A DNA stretch of 64,000 nt, taken from a bacterium. Its GTDB lineage: Bacteria > Bdellovibrionota_C > UBA2361 > CALJRW01. This document shows, in pieces, positions 48,800 to 59,290 of the stretch. Where the stretch lies: assembly GCA_031385045.1 (NCBI GenBank), contig JANNBC010000025.1, forward strand, positions 1 through 64,000, read 5' to 3'. The position numbers and the translations under genes were made by a program. A model generated the notes under the pieces. That model did no database searches and was not told the origin of the DNA. It saw only the letters and a program-made list of their open reading frames with translations. Each line of letters starts with the position of its first letter. The first letter of the stretch is position 1.

Positions 48800-49105
48800 A
48801 TGGGTCAGCCAACAGTAGAACAAGCCGTTAGAGAATTATGTATTTCAACATTACCTCGGGTCACTGAGTGCGGTGTGATTTTCAAATCATTACCACGCGA
48901 TCATGAAGGGCGTTATGTAGTTCAAGTCGAGGGACCAAGAAGCATGTCAAACATAACATTTGATTATGATGGCGCTGTTCTTCCATCAATTAGAAAATTT
49001 CTTTCTCCAGATGTTTTAGGATATCTAAAAAAATTACCAGATGCTGGCTTATATTTACCTTATGACGGACCAGATTGGATTCCAAGTTCTGCCCTTAGAT
49101 CCTAA
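48800..49105 (+). CDS. Hypothetical protein
   Basis: 101-aa ATG ORF in the gap between genes. Confidence 0.5.
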   Translation: MGQPTVEQAVRELCISTLPRVTECGVIFKSLPRDHEGRYVVQVEGPRSMSNITFDYDGAVLPSIRKFLSPDVLGYLKKLPDAGLYLPYDGPDWIPSSALRS

Positions 49106-49244
49106 TAGGTAATCAAACTCCTTTTTCAGGTTGAATAAATAGAATCATTTCTGAGGTAACATGTCTTTTTCGTTATAAATTACTAAAATAATAGAATCCT
49201 GGAAGATTTTTATAACATCTTAAGCTCAGCTTATGCTATAAAAT

Positions 49245-49844
49245 TTGACTATGGAATTTAATTTAGAAACTATTTTTTGGATCTCAGCAGTTGTTGGATC
49301 TACTTTTTTTATCTTGAAAACAGCAACAATGTTTTTGGGGTTAGGACATGATTTTGATCTAGCAATTGATCATCAATCCGATCTTCATGGACTTGATAAT
49401 GCGGGTTCTGTCATGGCTTTTAAATTCATGTCGTTAACAGGAATCACAACTTTCTTAATGATGTTTGGCTGGGGCGGTTTAGTTGTCCTTAGGCAGTACC
49501 AAATGTCAGCGCTTGTCAGTTCCATTTTAGCAGTAGTGTTGGGAGTTCTTGCTGTTCTATTGATCGCCGTAATTTTTAAGTATGCTGTGAAATTACAGAG
49601 CTCTGGAGCGGATTATACGGCCAAGGATATTATTGGTTTACACGGCCAAGTCTATTCTCAGATTCCAGCAAATGGCCAAGGAAGAATTCAGATTAATGTT
49701 GGAGGTTTAGTTCGCGAAATTGATGCAATTAGTGCGGAACAAGTTGCGATTGCCTCCCATTTAAATGTTGAAGTTGTCAGTCAGATAGATCCAAATACAG
49801 TTTCAGTAAAACTTATTAATAATTTAAATCAGGGAGATAAATAA
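49245..49844 (+). CDS. NfeD-like membrane protein (flotillin partner)
   Basis: FLMMFGWGG; C-terminal OB-fold GQVYSQIPANGQGRIQI; overlaps the SPFH gene start. Confidence 0.85.
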   Translation: MTMEFNLETIFWISAVVGSTFFILKTATMFLGLGHDFDLAIDHQSDLHGLDNAGSVMAFKFMSLTGITTFLMMFGWGGLVVLRQYQMSALVSSILAVVLGVLAVLLIAVIFKYAVKLQSSGADYTAKDIIGLHGQVYSQIPANGQGRIQINVGGLVREIDAISAEQVAIASHLNVEVVSQIDPNTVSVKLINNLNQGDK

Positions 49845-51178
49845 TGTTGTGGTTAATTGTTGGTTTCGTCGTTATCGCTTTTGTTTTTGTTGTTTTTATT
49901 GCTTCACGCTATGTCCGTTGTCCGGGTAATCAGATTTTGGTTGTGCAAGGTAAGGTTGGTGAAGGACAAGCTGTTAAGTGTTATCACGGGGGAGCAACTT
50001 TTGTTTGGCCTTTAATTCAACAGGCTTCCTTTTTGGATTTAACTCCTCTGACAATTAATATCCCCTTAAAAGGCGCATTATCGCTACAAAATATTCGAGT
50101 CAACGTCCCGAGTACTTTTACTATCGCAGTTGATACTAGTCGTGAAACAATGAATAACGCCGCCGTTCGTTTACTAGATTTAGGGCCAAGAGAAATTGAG
50201 TTAATGGCTAATGAGATTATTTTTGGTCAACTTCGTTTAACAATTGCCTCGCTTCGCATCGAGGAAATTAACCAAGATCGAGAAAGATTTTTAGAATCAA
50301 TTAAAAACAATATTGATCCCGAGCTTCGTAAAATTGGACTTTACCTAATTAACGTAAACATTACTGATATTACTGATGAGTCAGGCTATATTGAAAGTAT
50401 TGGTAAAAAAGCTGCAGCAACGGCAATTAACCAAGCGAAAATTGACGTAGCTGAGCAAGAGAAGAAAGGGGAAATTGGTAAGGCAGAAGCTGATCGAGAT
50501 CGCCGAGTACAGGTGGCAATGTTTGATTCTCAAGCTGTGGAAGGGGAGAATAATGCTAAGGCTCAAATTGCTGATTACAATGCCGAATTAGAAGAAAGAG
50601 CTGCTATCGCCCATCAAAAAGGGGAAGTTGCTAATCAAAAAGCTATTACTGAAATTCAAATTGAAAAAGCTAAAGCTGAACATCGTCGCTTAGAAGCAGA
50701 AGAGATTGTTCAGATGGAAATTGATAAACGCAAAGTGGAAATTCAAGCTGAAGCTGAAGCTCAGAAACTTCGTAAAGAAGCATCAGGGGAAGCTGATTCG
50801 ATTTTACTTGTTCAAACTGCTACTGCCGAAGGTATTCAAAAAGTTCTTGATGCCAAAGCTGAAGGTTATAAGCGATTGGTGGCCTCTTGTGCCAATGATC
50901 CAAAAGAAGCAGCAACGATGTTGCTTGTTGAAAAACTAGAAGAGATTGTGAAGTTACAAACTGAAGCAATTAAGAATATTAAAATTGATAAAATCACAGT
51001 TTGGGATAGTGGTAATGGAGAGAAAGGAAGCTCTACTGCAAATTTCATGAGTAGTATGGTTAATTCCTTACCGGCATTACATGATGTTGCTGGTATGGCA
51101 GGAATTGATTTGCCTAAGTATCTAGGTAAGGTTCAGGAAGAAAAAGCATCTCAAATTCGCCTTGATGCCAATTCGTAA
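49844..51178 (+). CDS. Flotillin/SPFH domain protein
   Basis: HGGATFVWPLIQ, ALSLQNIRVNVPS, GQLRLTIA, EA-rich coiled coil, IDKITVWD. Confidence 0.93.
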   Translation: MLWLIVGFVVIAFVFVVFIASRYVRCPGNQILVVQGKVGEGQAVKCYHGGATFVWPLIQQASFLDLTPLTINIPLKGALSLQNIRVNVPSTFTIAVDTSRETMNNAAVRLLDLGPREIELMANEIIFGQLRLTIASLRIEEINQDRERFLESIKNNIDPELRKIGLYLINVNITDITDESGYIESIGKKAAATAINQAKIDVAEQEKKGEIGKAEADRDRRVQVAMFDSQAVEGENNAKAQIADYNAELEERAAIAHQKGEVANQKAITEIQIEKAKAEHRRLEAEEIVQMEIDKRKVEIQAEAEAQKLRKEASGEADSILLVQTATAEGIQKVLDAKAEGYKRLVASCANDPKEAATMLLVEKLEEIVKLQTEAIKNIKIDKITVWDSGNGEKGSSTANFMSSMVNSLPALHDVAGMAGIDLPKYLGKVQEEKASQIRLDANS

Positions 51179-51184
51179 ATAGAT

Positions 51185-51211
51185 GCTCGTGATGCCTAGG
51201 GCATCACGAGC
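51185..51211. terminator. Hairpin between convergent genes
   Basis: gctcgtgatgcc-tag-ggcatcacgagc. Confidence 0.65.
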
Positions 51212-51222
51212 TATCATTAGAA

Positions 51223-51858
51223 TTAAAATTGTTGATAAGCAATTAAGGTGCTCCCAGAGTCACTTTTTCTGGCCATAATTCCAACAAACCCACGTTCTAT
51301 TAATTTTGATTGTTGCTCAATATCGGTAGACTCAATCCAAATATCTGATTTAATCTCAAGTTGGATATTATTTAAATCAAGATAGGTGGCATATCTAAGT
51401 GATCCAAAGTGTTCTTCGCTAACATTGACAATCTGAAAACCACTATCCAATAAAATTTTAATAGATTTACCATTCATCGGTGAGACGGTCGCAAGTGCAT
51501 GATTAAGTCCAAGCCTCCTTGCTGCCATTAAACATTCTTTTAGAAGTATTTTTATCAGTCCTGCTTCTCTTGCCTCGATTGAGACAACGTAAGCTAAACG
51601 AATAAAGCCTTGTTCTAAATTAATTTTGGGAAGTATTTTATTGAATATTAAAATATCTTCCTTTTGACTAAATCCAATACAAACAGCGATCAGGCGATCT
51701 TTTAGAAAACTACCAAAGATCATTCCGCGGACTAAGGACTCTTGGACAATTGAATCTTTAATTGGGATATAGGTCTTTATTCCAACTTCTTCAGCCACTT
51801 GTAATTGAAGTTCTTGGATCAAAGCTAAATCGGCTATATTTAATAATCTATTCGACAT
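51223..51858 (-). CDS. GNAT-like N-acetyltransferase
   Basis: VVSIEAREAGL; ATVSPMNGKSIKILLDSGF; ATG at 51858 overlaps the upstream gene. Confidence 0.75.
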   Translation of the reverse strand: MSNRLLNIADLALIQELQLQVAEEVGIKTYIPIKDSIVQESLVRGMIFGSFLKDRLIAVCIGFSQKEDILIFNKILPKINLEQGFIRLAYVVSIEAREAGLIKILLKECLMAARRLGLNHALATVSPMNGKSIKILLDSGFQIVNVSEEHFGSLRYATYLDLNNIQLEIKSDIWIESTDIEQQSKLIERGFVGIMARKSDSGSTLIAYQQF

Positions 51859-52450
51859 TTTTTTGATGCGCAATGATAAAATCAATTAATTCATCTAATT
51901 TAAGATTAATCCTTGAAAGTGCATCTGAAATATCATCTCGATTAACTTGAGCAGCAAATGCCGGAGTTTTAATTTTTTTAATCACCGATTTAGATTCTAA
52001 TCCTTCGTATTTCGTTGGGCGGATTAAGGCGCAAGCGTGAATCAAACCTGATAATTCATCAAAGGCATAGATCATTTGATCCATTTTGTTTTTAGGTTCT
52101 ACACCAAAGTATCTCGGACTATGAGAGGCAATACACTGAATAATCTCAGGATCAATTTGACGCCTTTCTAATTCTTCAATAATCATTCGACAATGTGCTG
52201 CTGGATCTTTCTCCCAGTCAGCATCATGGAGTAGTCCTGCCAGTTCCCATTTCTGTGCAGTAATTGGATCTGCCTTTTCTTTCTGGATAGCCCAAGCTTT
52301 CATGTTTGCCGCAACTTGTCTCATATGTAAACGGAGTTTAGGATTTGGAACCCATTCCGCAAGTAACTGCTCGGCTTCTTCAATCGGCATTAAATTCCCA
52401 GAGTTTTTTGGGTCTCCAAAAATGTTTCGACCTAAATGATGTGTGTGCAT
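51848..52450 (-). CDS. HD domain (HDIG) phosphohydrolase
   Basis: LRLHMRQV, GLLHDADWE, FDELSGLI.ACALIRP, FAAQVNR. Confidence 0.9.
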   Translation of the reverse strand: MHTHHLGRNIFGDPKNSGNLMPIEEAEQLLAEWVPNPKLRLHMRQVAANMKAWAIQKEKADPITAQKWELAGLLHDADWEKDPAAHCRMIIEELERRQIDPEIIQCIASHSPRYFGVEPKNKMDQMIYAFDELSGLIHACALIRPTKYEGLESKSVIKKIKTPAFAAQVNRDDISDALSRINLKLDELIDFIIAHQKNVE

Positions 52451-52463
52451 AATAATTAAAAAG

Positions 52464-53420
52464 TTAAATTAATGGATTCTCCCACGGTAAACTCCGAACT
52501 TCTTGAATGATCAGTGGTTTGCTTGTAGCTAGTTTGATAATATCTTCAGCTAGTTCTCTGTTTCTAGCAATAACTATTGGACCAGATCCATTTAATTGAT
52601 AATTATTACCATCAAGTTGCAAAACAACCCCGCCAGCATTTTCTACAATTACCTTAATGGCAGCTAAATCCCAAATTTCTTGTTTAAGCTTGGCACTATT
52701 ATTATCATGGACTACTGCTACTGGTCCATTAGCTAGAAGTGTTCGGCAGCCGATTGCTGAGTGGGGAACTTCTATGGTGACTAATGCGGCACCTTGGGGA
52801 GTTCTTAGATTGGTTCTTAGATTGGCAAACAATTCAGTTTCATAGCGTGAATCCCCGTAATGATTAAGTGCAACCCAGGAGGATTGGAGTGGGGTAGAAT
52901 GAGTAGTTTTTAATTCTACTAGGCCAGTTTCTTTGGAGTAGTAGTGCGAACCTTTTCCAGTGCTAGCAAAAAACCATTCTTCTGTTAGTGGAAGATAGAC
53001 AACCCCAAGTTCTATCTGAAGATTACTTTGTAAGGCAATAAGTACTGCCGGGTGGGCCGGATTGGTTTTAAAGATGAAAGCTGAGGTTCCATCTAGAGGA
53101 TCAATAATCCAACACCTCTGATTTAAATTCATGTAATTATTAGGGCTTTCTTCCGAAATAATTTTGATTTCGGGAGTTGCTGTGTCTAGTAATCGAAGAA
53201 TTGCATCATTAGCTTTTTGGTCAGTTGCTGTTACAAAATCGCCAATTCCCTTAGATCTAAAATCTTGATGCTGTATCGATTGATAAGATTCTTGAATAAT
53301 TTTACCAGCAATCTGACAAGCTTCGCCCGCCGTTAATCCATGTTCATGTATAGCACCCAAGAACCTAAGTGCTAAATTTTGCTTGTTAGGTGTGCTGTTT
53401 AAAGAATGATTTGTTAACAT
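52464..53420 (-). CDS. Inositol monophosphatase family protein
   Basis: DFVTATD, ISEE, WIIDPLDGT, WDLAA..VIVENAGG. Confidence 0.92.
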   Translation of the reverse strand: MLTNHSLNSTPNKQNLALRFLGAIHEHGLTAGEACQIAGKIIQESYQSIQHQDFRSKGIGDFVTATDQKANDAILRLLDTATPEIKIISEESPNNYMNLNQRCWIIDPLDGTSAFIFKTNPAHPAVLIALQSNLQIELGVVYLPLTEEWFFASTGKGSHYYSKETGLVELKTTHSTPLQSSWVALNHYGDSRYETELFANLRTNLRTPQGAALVTIEVPHSAIGCRTLLANGPVAVVHDNNSAKLKQEIWDLAAIKVIVENAGGVVLQLDGNNYQLNGSGPIVIARNRELAEDIIKLATSKPLIIQEVRSLPWENPLI

Positions 53421-53526
53421 AAAAAATTGCTTAAAAATAAAGTTATTCTTAAATAAAGGAGATTTAAGTGCTTTTCTTCAAATCTAGCTGTCTTTGATCC
53501 GAAAATATGGTAATTATTGGATCAAT

Positions 53527-54486
53527 ATGAAATTAAATGATCAAGAAAAAAGAGTTCTGGCAGCTGTTGAACTAGCAGCAGATAAGACTGTTCCTGAGAT
53601 TGCCAAAGAAACCAGAATGCAAGCTGCAAGTGTACAAAGATCTTTAAGTAATTTGATTTCTCATAGAATTATTGATGGTCGGACAACCATCATCGATTTA
53701 GCCAAACTTGGATTTATTGAACACGGACTTTTTGTTTCCTTAAATGCCAATGTCGCCCAGCTCGAAGCATTTATGAAGGAGCTTCAAAAACATCCTCAAG
53801 TAAGTTGGATTGCAGAAGGTGGAGCTAAGTATGACTTAATGTTTAATCTTGTGGTTCAAAACTCCCGAGAGGCGATGAATTTTTTAGATCGTTTAACTAT
53901 TAGGTTCCCAGAAATTATTCGAGAAAAAGAAATCTTAATTAGAATGGAAAGGTTGCGCTACTGGAGAAGGTATCTAAGTGGTAATATTCGTAAGCGTCCA
54001 CAATTTATCATCGGTGCAGATGCCAAACAGGTTGAAATTGATAGTCGGGATAGGCAAGTACTGCTAGCTCTTAGCCAGACAAAGTTAGAGTCATTTCGAG
54101 AACTGGCACTTACTTGTGAAATGCCGATTAGCTCCTTTCTTCGCCGACTTCAAAAATTAAAAGAATCTAATTTAGTTTTAGGCTTTGGATATCGTCTTAA
54201 TTTAGAAATGCTTGGTGTTCAGCAATATCGCGTTCTAATTGCGACAGCGGATCAATCTGCTGCCTATAAAAGTTTAAAATTATACTGTGAAGAAACTGGT
54301 AAGATTAAATTACTGACTAGATGCCTAGGTCGATATGACTTTGATTTAGAAATAGATATTCCAATGGCTGACGATATTAGACAGGTAATCGGAGATTTGA
54401 AAAACATTTTACATCAATTTAAGCCGGAAATTCAGATTGTTCCCATTTTTAAACATCGTAAATTTATTGCATTCCCTGTAAGTTGA
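53527..54486 (+). CDS. Lrp/AsnC family transcriptional regulator with tandem HTH-RAM units
   Basis: Two HTH + effector modules (G.YDL and GRYDFDLEI); ATG at 53527. Confidence 0.85.
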   Translation: MKLNDQEKRVLAAVELAADKTVPEIAKETRMQAASVQRSLSNLISHRIIDGRTTIIDLAKLGFIEHGLFVSLNANVAQLEAFMKELQKHPQVSWIAEGGAKYDLMFNLVVQNSREAMNFLDRLTIRFPEIIREKEILIRMERLRYWRRYLSGNIRKRPQFIIGADAKQVEIDSRDRQVLLALSQTKLESFRELALTCEMPISSFLRRLQKLKESNLVLGFGYRLNLEMLGVQQYRVLIATADQSAAYKSLKLYCEETGKIKLLTRCLGRYDFDLEIDIPMADDIRQVIGDLKNILHQFKPEIQIVPIFKHRKFIAFPVS

Positions 54487-54554
54487 TTTTTTATCTACTT
54501 ATTATCTTCTAATCTCATGGTAAATTTTTATATTCTGGAATGACATTAATTTAA

Positions 54555-56072
54555 CTATACAAGTTCATGACTGGGTGGTGCAATTCTATTTTGTAGAAAG
54601 TTTAAATAGGCACTATTTAAATCAATGACAGATTTTGCAGAATTTGCCCTGGCGCAAATTTTCTCAACAACTTGACGATCGATTGTTGGAGTATGTAGAG
54701 GATCAAAATGAGCACTAAAGATCATTTGATTTACAAGTCCTACTAATTTTCTTAATCCTTTAATATCCATGTAAGGTTCAAACTTTAGGTCTCCATGAAT
54801 TGCTGGGGTTGTTGAGTAAACAGATTGTCCAGTTAAGTAAGCAAAAAAGTCGGCACTATGACTAATTAACTTGGGATTATTACTATTAGCCATCGATAAA
54901 ATTAAACGTGATAGTCGTTGAGGAGAAGTCAAATCCGAGGCCTTAGCTAAGTAACCATCAGAATTAAATTTTACCAACCAAGTTTCCAATTGTACTGAAG
55001 TAGGAGCGAAGGCCTGGATCCGATAAATCCCAGGGAGTCCTTTACTCACGGCATATTTGCCCATTAAATGACGAGTAAATGTCATTAATTCTCGCACAGC
55101 TTGGGAGTTATTAGTTTGTTGATAATTGGAAAGTTCCAGGTAAGCTAATTTATTTAGAAATTCAGGGTTATTACGATTTTGAATAAATGAACCGACAATT
55201 CTAATATTTTCTAAATTAGTTCTTAAGACTGGGTCGCTTACCTGATTAGGATCATGATAAAAATCTAGCTGTCGACGATTAGTCATCTTTGCTCGGAAGA
55301 TCTTCACTTTTTTTAAATCTATTGGCCCATTTAAAGGAACTTGGAACTTAACGATCCAAGCAAAACGTGTTTTTCCTTCTAATAGACTAGTTTCTTTTTC
55401 CACGTCATCGCCAATCATCGGTTGATGCCCATGACTTCCATAAAGTGTATAGCCAAAGCGACTGGCATTCCTAATTAAAGGATCATCTAATGTTAAATTA
55501 AAATAGGGAGTAATATCAGCAAACCCCACATAGACTTCAAAGTGATCTCGCTTGGCTCGGACATACAGAACATCATCGTAATCCCCGTAGACAGGTTGAT
55601 CTTGTTCATCCCGAACACCATCCGAATCAATCGAGATAAAAGGTAGTTCTTGTAGATCAACAAATTTAAGTTTATGCCGATAAAAATTTACTGGTCGAAC
55701 AGAATCTACAAATAATTTTTTATATAACTGATTAGCCTCTTCGCTAGAAATTTTATAATCAAATTCCGCCGGACTTTTCATGATTCGAAAAAAAGCCATT
55801 TGATCAGGCACTAAATTAATTGTTCTGAGATCAAAGGATTTAGCAATTTGACGATTTTCTTCTAAATCGGGAAGCTCCAAGGCATAGATCTTTAATCTTT
55901 GTTTGGTTTTAGCGTCACTTACCTGATAGGTTTTAATACTAAGTCCAATTGCACCTCTTAGTTGATCACGGAGATTTAAAACTTGTTGATCTTCACGCGA
56001 CTGTCTTCGAAATCCAAAGCTTGATAAGTCGAGATGGGTATTGTGGAGGTTCGGAGACTGCATTACCACCAT
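54555..56072 (-). CDS. RNB (RNase II/R) domain protein, divergent
   Basis: FISID...DYDDVL, VYVGFADI, SLLEGKTRFA, AVRELM, GIYRIQ, HGDL. Confidence 0.75.
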   Translation of the reverse strand: MVVMQSPNLHNTHLDLSSFGFRRQSREDQQVLNLRDQLRGAIGLSIKTYQVSDAKTKQRLKIYALELPDLEENRQIAKSFDLRTINLVPDQMAFFRIMKSPAEFDYKISSEEANQLYKKLFVDSVRPVNFYRHKLKFVDLQELPFISIDSDGVRDEQDQPVYGDYDDVLYVRAKRDHFEVYVGFADITPYFNLTLDDPLIRNASRFGYTLYGSHGHQPMIGDDVEKETSLLEGKTRFAWIVKFQVPLNGPIDLKKVKIFRAKMTNRRQLDFYHDPNQVSDPVLRTNLENIRIVGSFIQNRNNPEFLNKLAYLELSNYQQTNNSQAVRELMTFTRHLMGKYAVSKGLPGIYRIQAFAPTSVQLETWLVKFNSDGYLAKASDLTSPQRLSRLILSMANSNNPKLISHSADFFAYLTGQSVYSTTPAIHGDLKFEPYMDIKGLRKLVGLVNQMIFSAHFDPLHTPTIDRQVVEKICARANSAKSVIDLNSAYLNFLQNRIAPPSHELV

Positions 56073-56150
56073 TATAAGCGATCTTTTTCCTATAGTAACT
56101 ACATATTTTTAATAAGGGAATGTAATTAGATATAAATCAGCCTCATTAGT

Positions 56151-57278
56151 CTAAATCTGAAAGTTTACTAGAGTGGCAGGGATAATAACTGCCTGTCCCA
56201 CTGGTATTGGGTATACTTGATAATCTACTGTGACACTAGCTTCTCCTGCTAGGCAGAAAATTAGTTGAAGCTGATCCTTAGTTGTAAAGATCTGATCAAG
56301 GGTTTGTGCAAATTTACCAATCTTAAAAAAATCATTATCGGGAATTTTGTAAAAGCTTAGTTCGAAGGTCGGGTTAAGCGTTAGAATCTGAGGAACTTGT
56401 TCTTGAAAGTCTAACATTGAAAGTAGAGTTTTCTGATCAATATATTTATGTGTTAATCCTCCGCGCACCACATTATCTGAAGGAGCCATACATTCTAATA
56501 ATTCACCTGATAGGTAAGCATGGGGAATATTAGAATTAATAAACAATGCTCCTCCCGGTTCTACGATTACAAAATTGAGTAAATAAAAGCAGAAGATACC
56601 AAGATCGCCATTTGGGTATCTTGCTTCTAATTTTATAATCTCTTTCTCAAGTTCTGAAGGGACATTCTTTAATTTAAGCCTGGCAAATAGTTTTTGGGAT
56701 TCTGATTTAATTAGTTCAGCATCCGTATTTACAAGTCGTTGATAGATTTTTTGATAAGTTAGGTCAGCAAGATCCTCAAGGATATTCTTAAATTCTGGAA
56801 TAAAGCTTTCATCTTCCTCATTTAGGAAGTTTAATATTTCAGACTGAGCTCTAAAACCATAAAGCAGCTTAACGGGGGAGATGGCAATTCCAACTTCTGG
56901 TTTTGGAAATCTATCGGGGTAATTTTTAGGATCATTAGCGTGAAGGATTGGCGCGCGCTGGGCATCTGGGTGTGCTTGAATAGATAGCGCTTCATTTACA
57001 GAGAGGACTTTAAAGAGAAAGGGGAGACTGGCTCCAAATTTTCCTAGCACCTCTTTCCCTAATATTGCCGGAGTAAATTTAATTTCTTCTAAAAGGTTAT
57101 TTGGGGAATCTGTAATTTTAGCTGGCGCTTTAGGGTGAGTTCCAAACCAAAGTTCCGCAAACTTTCCTGTTTTTGATTCGTAGCCAAAAGGATTAGAAAT
57201 GATCGAAGTTTCATCTTTTCCCCAATCATATTCTTGAACGATGCCTTTGATCTTGATTATTGGGGATTTTATAGTCAT
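56151..57278 (-). CDS. manA: Mannose-6-phosphate isomerase class I
   Basis: QEYDWG, AELWFGTHP, LPFLFKVL, LSIQAHP, KPE, PHAYLSG, SDNVVRGGLT. Confidence 0.95.
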   Translation of the reverse strand: MTIKSPIIKIKGIVQEYDWGKDETSIISNPFGYESKTGKFAELWFGTHPKAPAKITDSPNNLLEEIKFTPAILGKEVLGKFGASLPFLFKVLSVNEALSIQAHPDAQRAPILHANDPKNYPDRFPKPEVGIAISPVKLLYGFRAQSEILNFLNEEDESFIPEFKNILEDLADLTYQKIYQRLVNTDAELIKSESQKLFARLKLKNVPSELEKEIIKLEARYPNGDLGIFCFYLLNFVIVEPGGALFINSNIPHAYLSGELLECMAPSDNVVRGGLTHKYIDQKTLLSMLDFQEQVPQILTLNPTFELSFYKIPDNDFFKIGKFAQTLDQIFTTKDQLQLIFCLAGEASVTVDYQVYPIPVGQAVIIPATLVNFQI

Positions 57279-57465
57279 GGAATAGATTATAGTAAATTAA
57301 GTGGCAAATTGTCGATGCTCACAGCAAAAGAGTAGTTCAATTTAACAACCCAATTTCCTTCAATCAGTCCTGCTAAAAAGCCTGTAATTCCTAAAAAGAC
57401 TTTAATTTTACTTACTTAAAGAATTAATATAAAAGGAGGCCAGTATTTTTAAAATTAATCTATCT

Positions 57466-59277
57466 GTGAAACAAAACGAAGAAATCCGTAATATCGCCAT
57501 TATTGCCCACGTTGACCATGGGAAAACAACTTTAGTAGATCATTTGTTCAAGCAAAGTGGTTTATTTCGGGAAAACCAAAACGTGGAAGATCGAGCCATG
57601 GATAGTGGGGATCTAGAAAAAGAGCGTGGGATTACCATCACTGCTAAAAACTGTTCCGTTAAACGCGGCAAAACTAAGATCAATATCCTAGATACTCCAG
57701 GTCACGCCGATTTTGGTGGTGAAGTGGAACGTGCCTTGATGATGGTGGATGGTGTAATTCTATTGGTTGATGCTGCTGAAGGACCATTGCCTCAAACCCG
57801 TTTTGTTCTTAAAAAATCTTTAGAAAGAGGTCTGCCGATTATTGTTGTCCTAAACAAAATCGATCGTCAAGATGCAAGACCTGCAGAAGTTTTAAACGAA
57901 ATTTATGATTTATTTATTGACCTTGATGCCAATGAAGATCAGCTAGATTTTCCTGTGCTTTACGCTATTGCTCGTGATGGTATTGCCAAGCGTGCCTTAA
58001 CAGATGAGAATGTTAATTTAGATCCACTTTTTGATGAAATTATTAATTTCTTACCAGCTCCTAAGTACGATGAGAATGAGCCCTTTGGTATGTTAGTAGC
58101 AAACGTTAGTTACTCTGATTATCTAGGCAAGTTAGCAATTGGTCGGATCTTTAATGGTGTAATTAATCCTGGTGATAAATTGGCTAGGATTGATGAGCAG
58201 GAACAAGTTACTAGTCTTAAGTCTGTGGTAGTTCAGGTGTATGAAGGTCTTGATATCAAAAAACTTGATTCAACTGCAGCGGCAGGAGAAATTGTAGTAG
58301 TTTCCGGAATGGAAGATGTGAAAATTGGAGATACTATTTGTTCTGCTGAAAATCCAAGAGTTCTTCCAAGGATTTCAATTGATCCACCAACAGTTTCCAT
58401 GAAATTCTTTGCCAATACTTCACCGCTTTGTGGTCAAGAAGGAACTATTGTTCAAGCTCAGAAGATTGGTGATCGCTTAATGAAAGAGTCACTTTATAAC
58501 GTAGCACTGAAGATTGAAAAAAGTGAAGATGATGATTCTTTTGTAGTTAAAGGTCGTGGTGAATTACAGATGGCCATTCTAATCGAAACTATGCGCCGTG
58601 AAGGTTTTGAACTAACAGTTGGGCGACCAGAGATTATCTTTAAAGAAGTTGATGGTGCACGTCATGAGCCGATTGAGCATTTGATGATTGACTGCGGAGA
58701 AGAGCACGTTGGTGTGATTAGTGAAAAGCTATCAAAGCGTAAAGGTCGAATGACTAATCTTGTGAATCACGGTTCTGGTCGTGTTCGTTTAGAATTTTCT
58801 GTTCCTTCTAGAGCTTTAATTGGTTTTAGAAATGAATTCTTAACTGATACTAAAGGAAGCGGGATGTTGAATTCTTATGTTGAAGGATATGAAGAGTACC
58901 GTGGTGATTTCGAAAATCGTCAAAATGGTTCTTTAGTTTCAGACCGTGCCGGAGTCGCTGTTGCCTATGGTTTATTCGGCTTAGAAGATCGTGGTCGAAT
59001 GCTGGTAAATCCTGGAGATGCTGTGTACGAAGGAATGATTATTGGGGAGCATGCTCGTTACAATGATCTTAACGTAAATCCTTGCAAAGCTAAAAAATTA
59101 AGTAATATGAGAACGGCTGGTAAGGATGATAACATTCTCCTTACTCCCGTAACTAAGATGAGCTTGGAGCGAGCAATCGAAATGATTCGTGAAGACGAGT
59201 TAGTAGAAGTAACTCCAAAGAATGTTCGCTTACGGAAGAAATTCCTTTCACCAAACATGCGAAAAGATCGCTTGTAA
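57466..59277 (+). CDS. typA: Translational GTPase TypA/BipA
   Basis: IAHVDHGKTTLVD, DTPGHADFGGEVER, GRGELQMAILIETMRREG. Confidence 0.98.
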   Translation: MKQNEEIRNIAIIAHVDHGKTTLVDHLFKQSGLFRENQNVEDRAMDSGDLEKERGITITAKNCSVKRGKTKINILDTPGHADFGGEVERALMMVDGVILLVDAAEGPLPQTRFVLKKSLERGLPIIVVLNKIDRQDARPAEVLNEIYDLFIDLDANEDQLDFPVLYAIARDGIAKRALTDENVNLDPLFDEIINFLPAPKYDENEPFGMLVANVSYSDYLGKLAIGRIFNGVINPGDKLARIDEQEQVTSLKSVVVQVYEGLDIKKLDSTAAAGEIVVVSGMEDVKIGDTICSAENPRVLPRISIDPPTVSMKFFANTSPLCGQEGTIVQAQKIGDRLMKESLYNVALKIEKSEDDDSFVVKGRGELQMAILIETMRREGFELTVGRPEIIFKEVDGARHEPIEHLMIDCGEEHVGVISEKLSKRKGRMTNLVNHGSGRVRLEFSVPSRALIGFRNEFLTDTKGSGMLNSYVEGYEEYRGDFENRQNGSLVSDRAGVAVAYGLFGLEDRGRMLVNPGDAVYEGMIIGEHARYNDLNVNPCKAKKLSNMRTAGKDDNILLTPVTKMSLERAIEMIREDELVEVTPKNVRLRKKFLSPNMRKDRL

Positions 59278-59290
59278 TTTCAAACGATTG

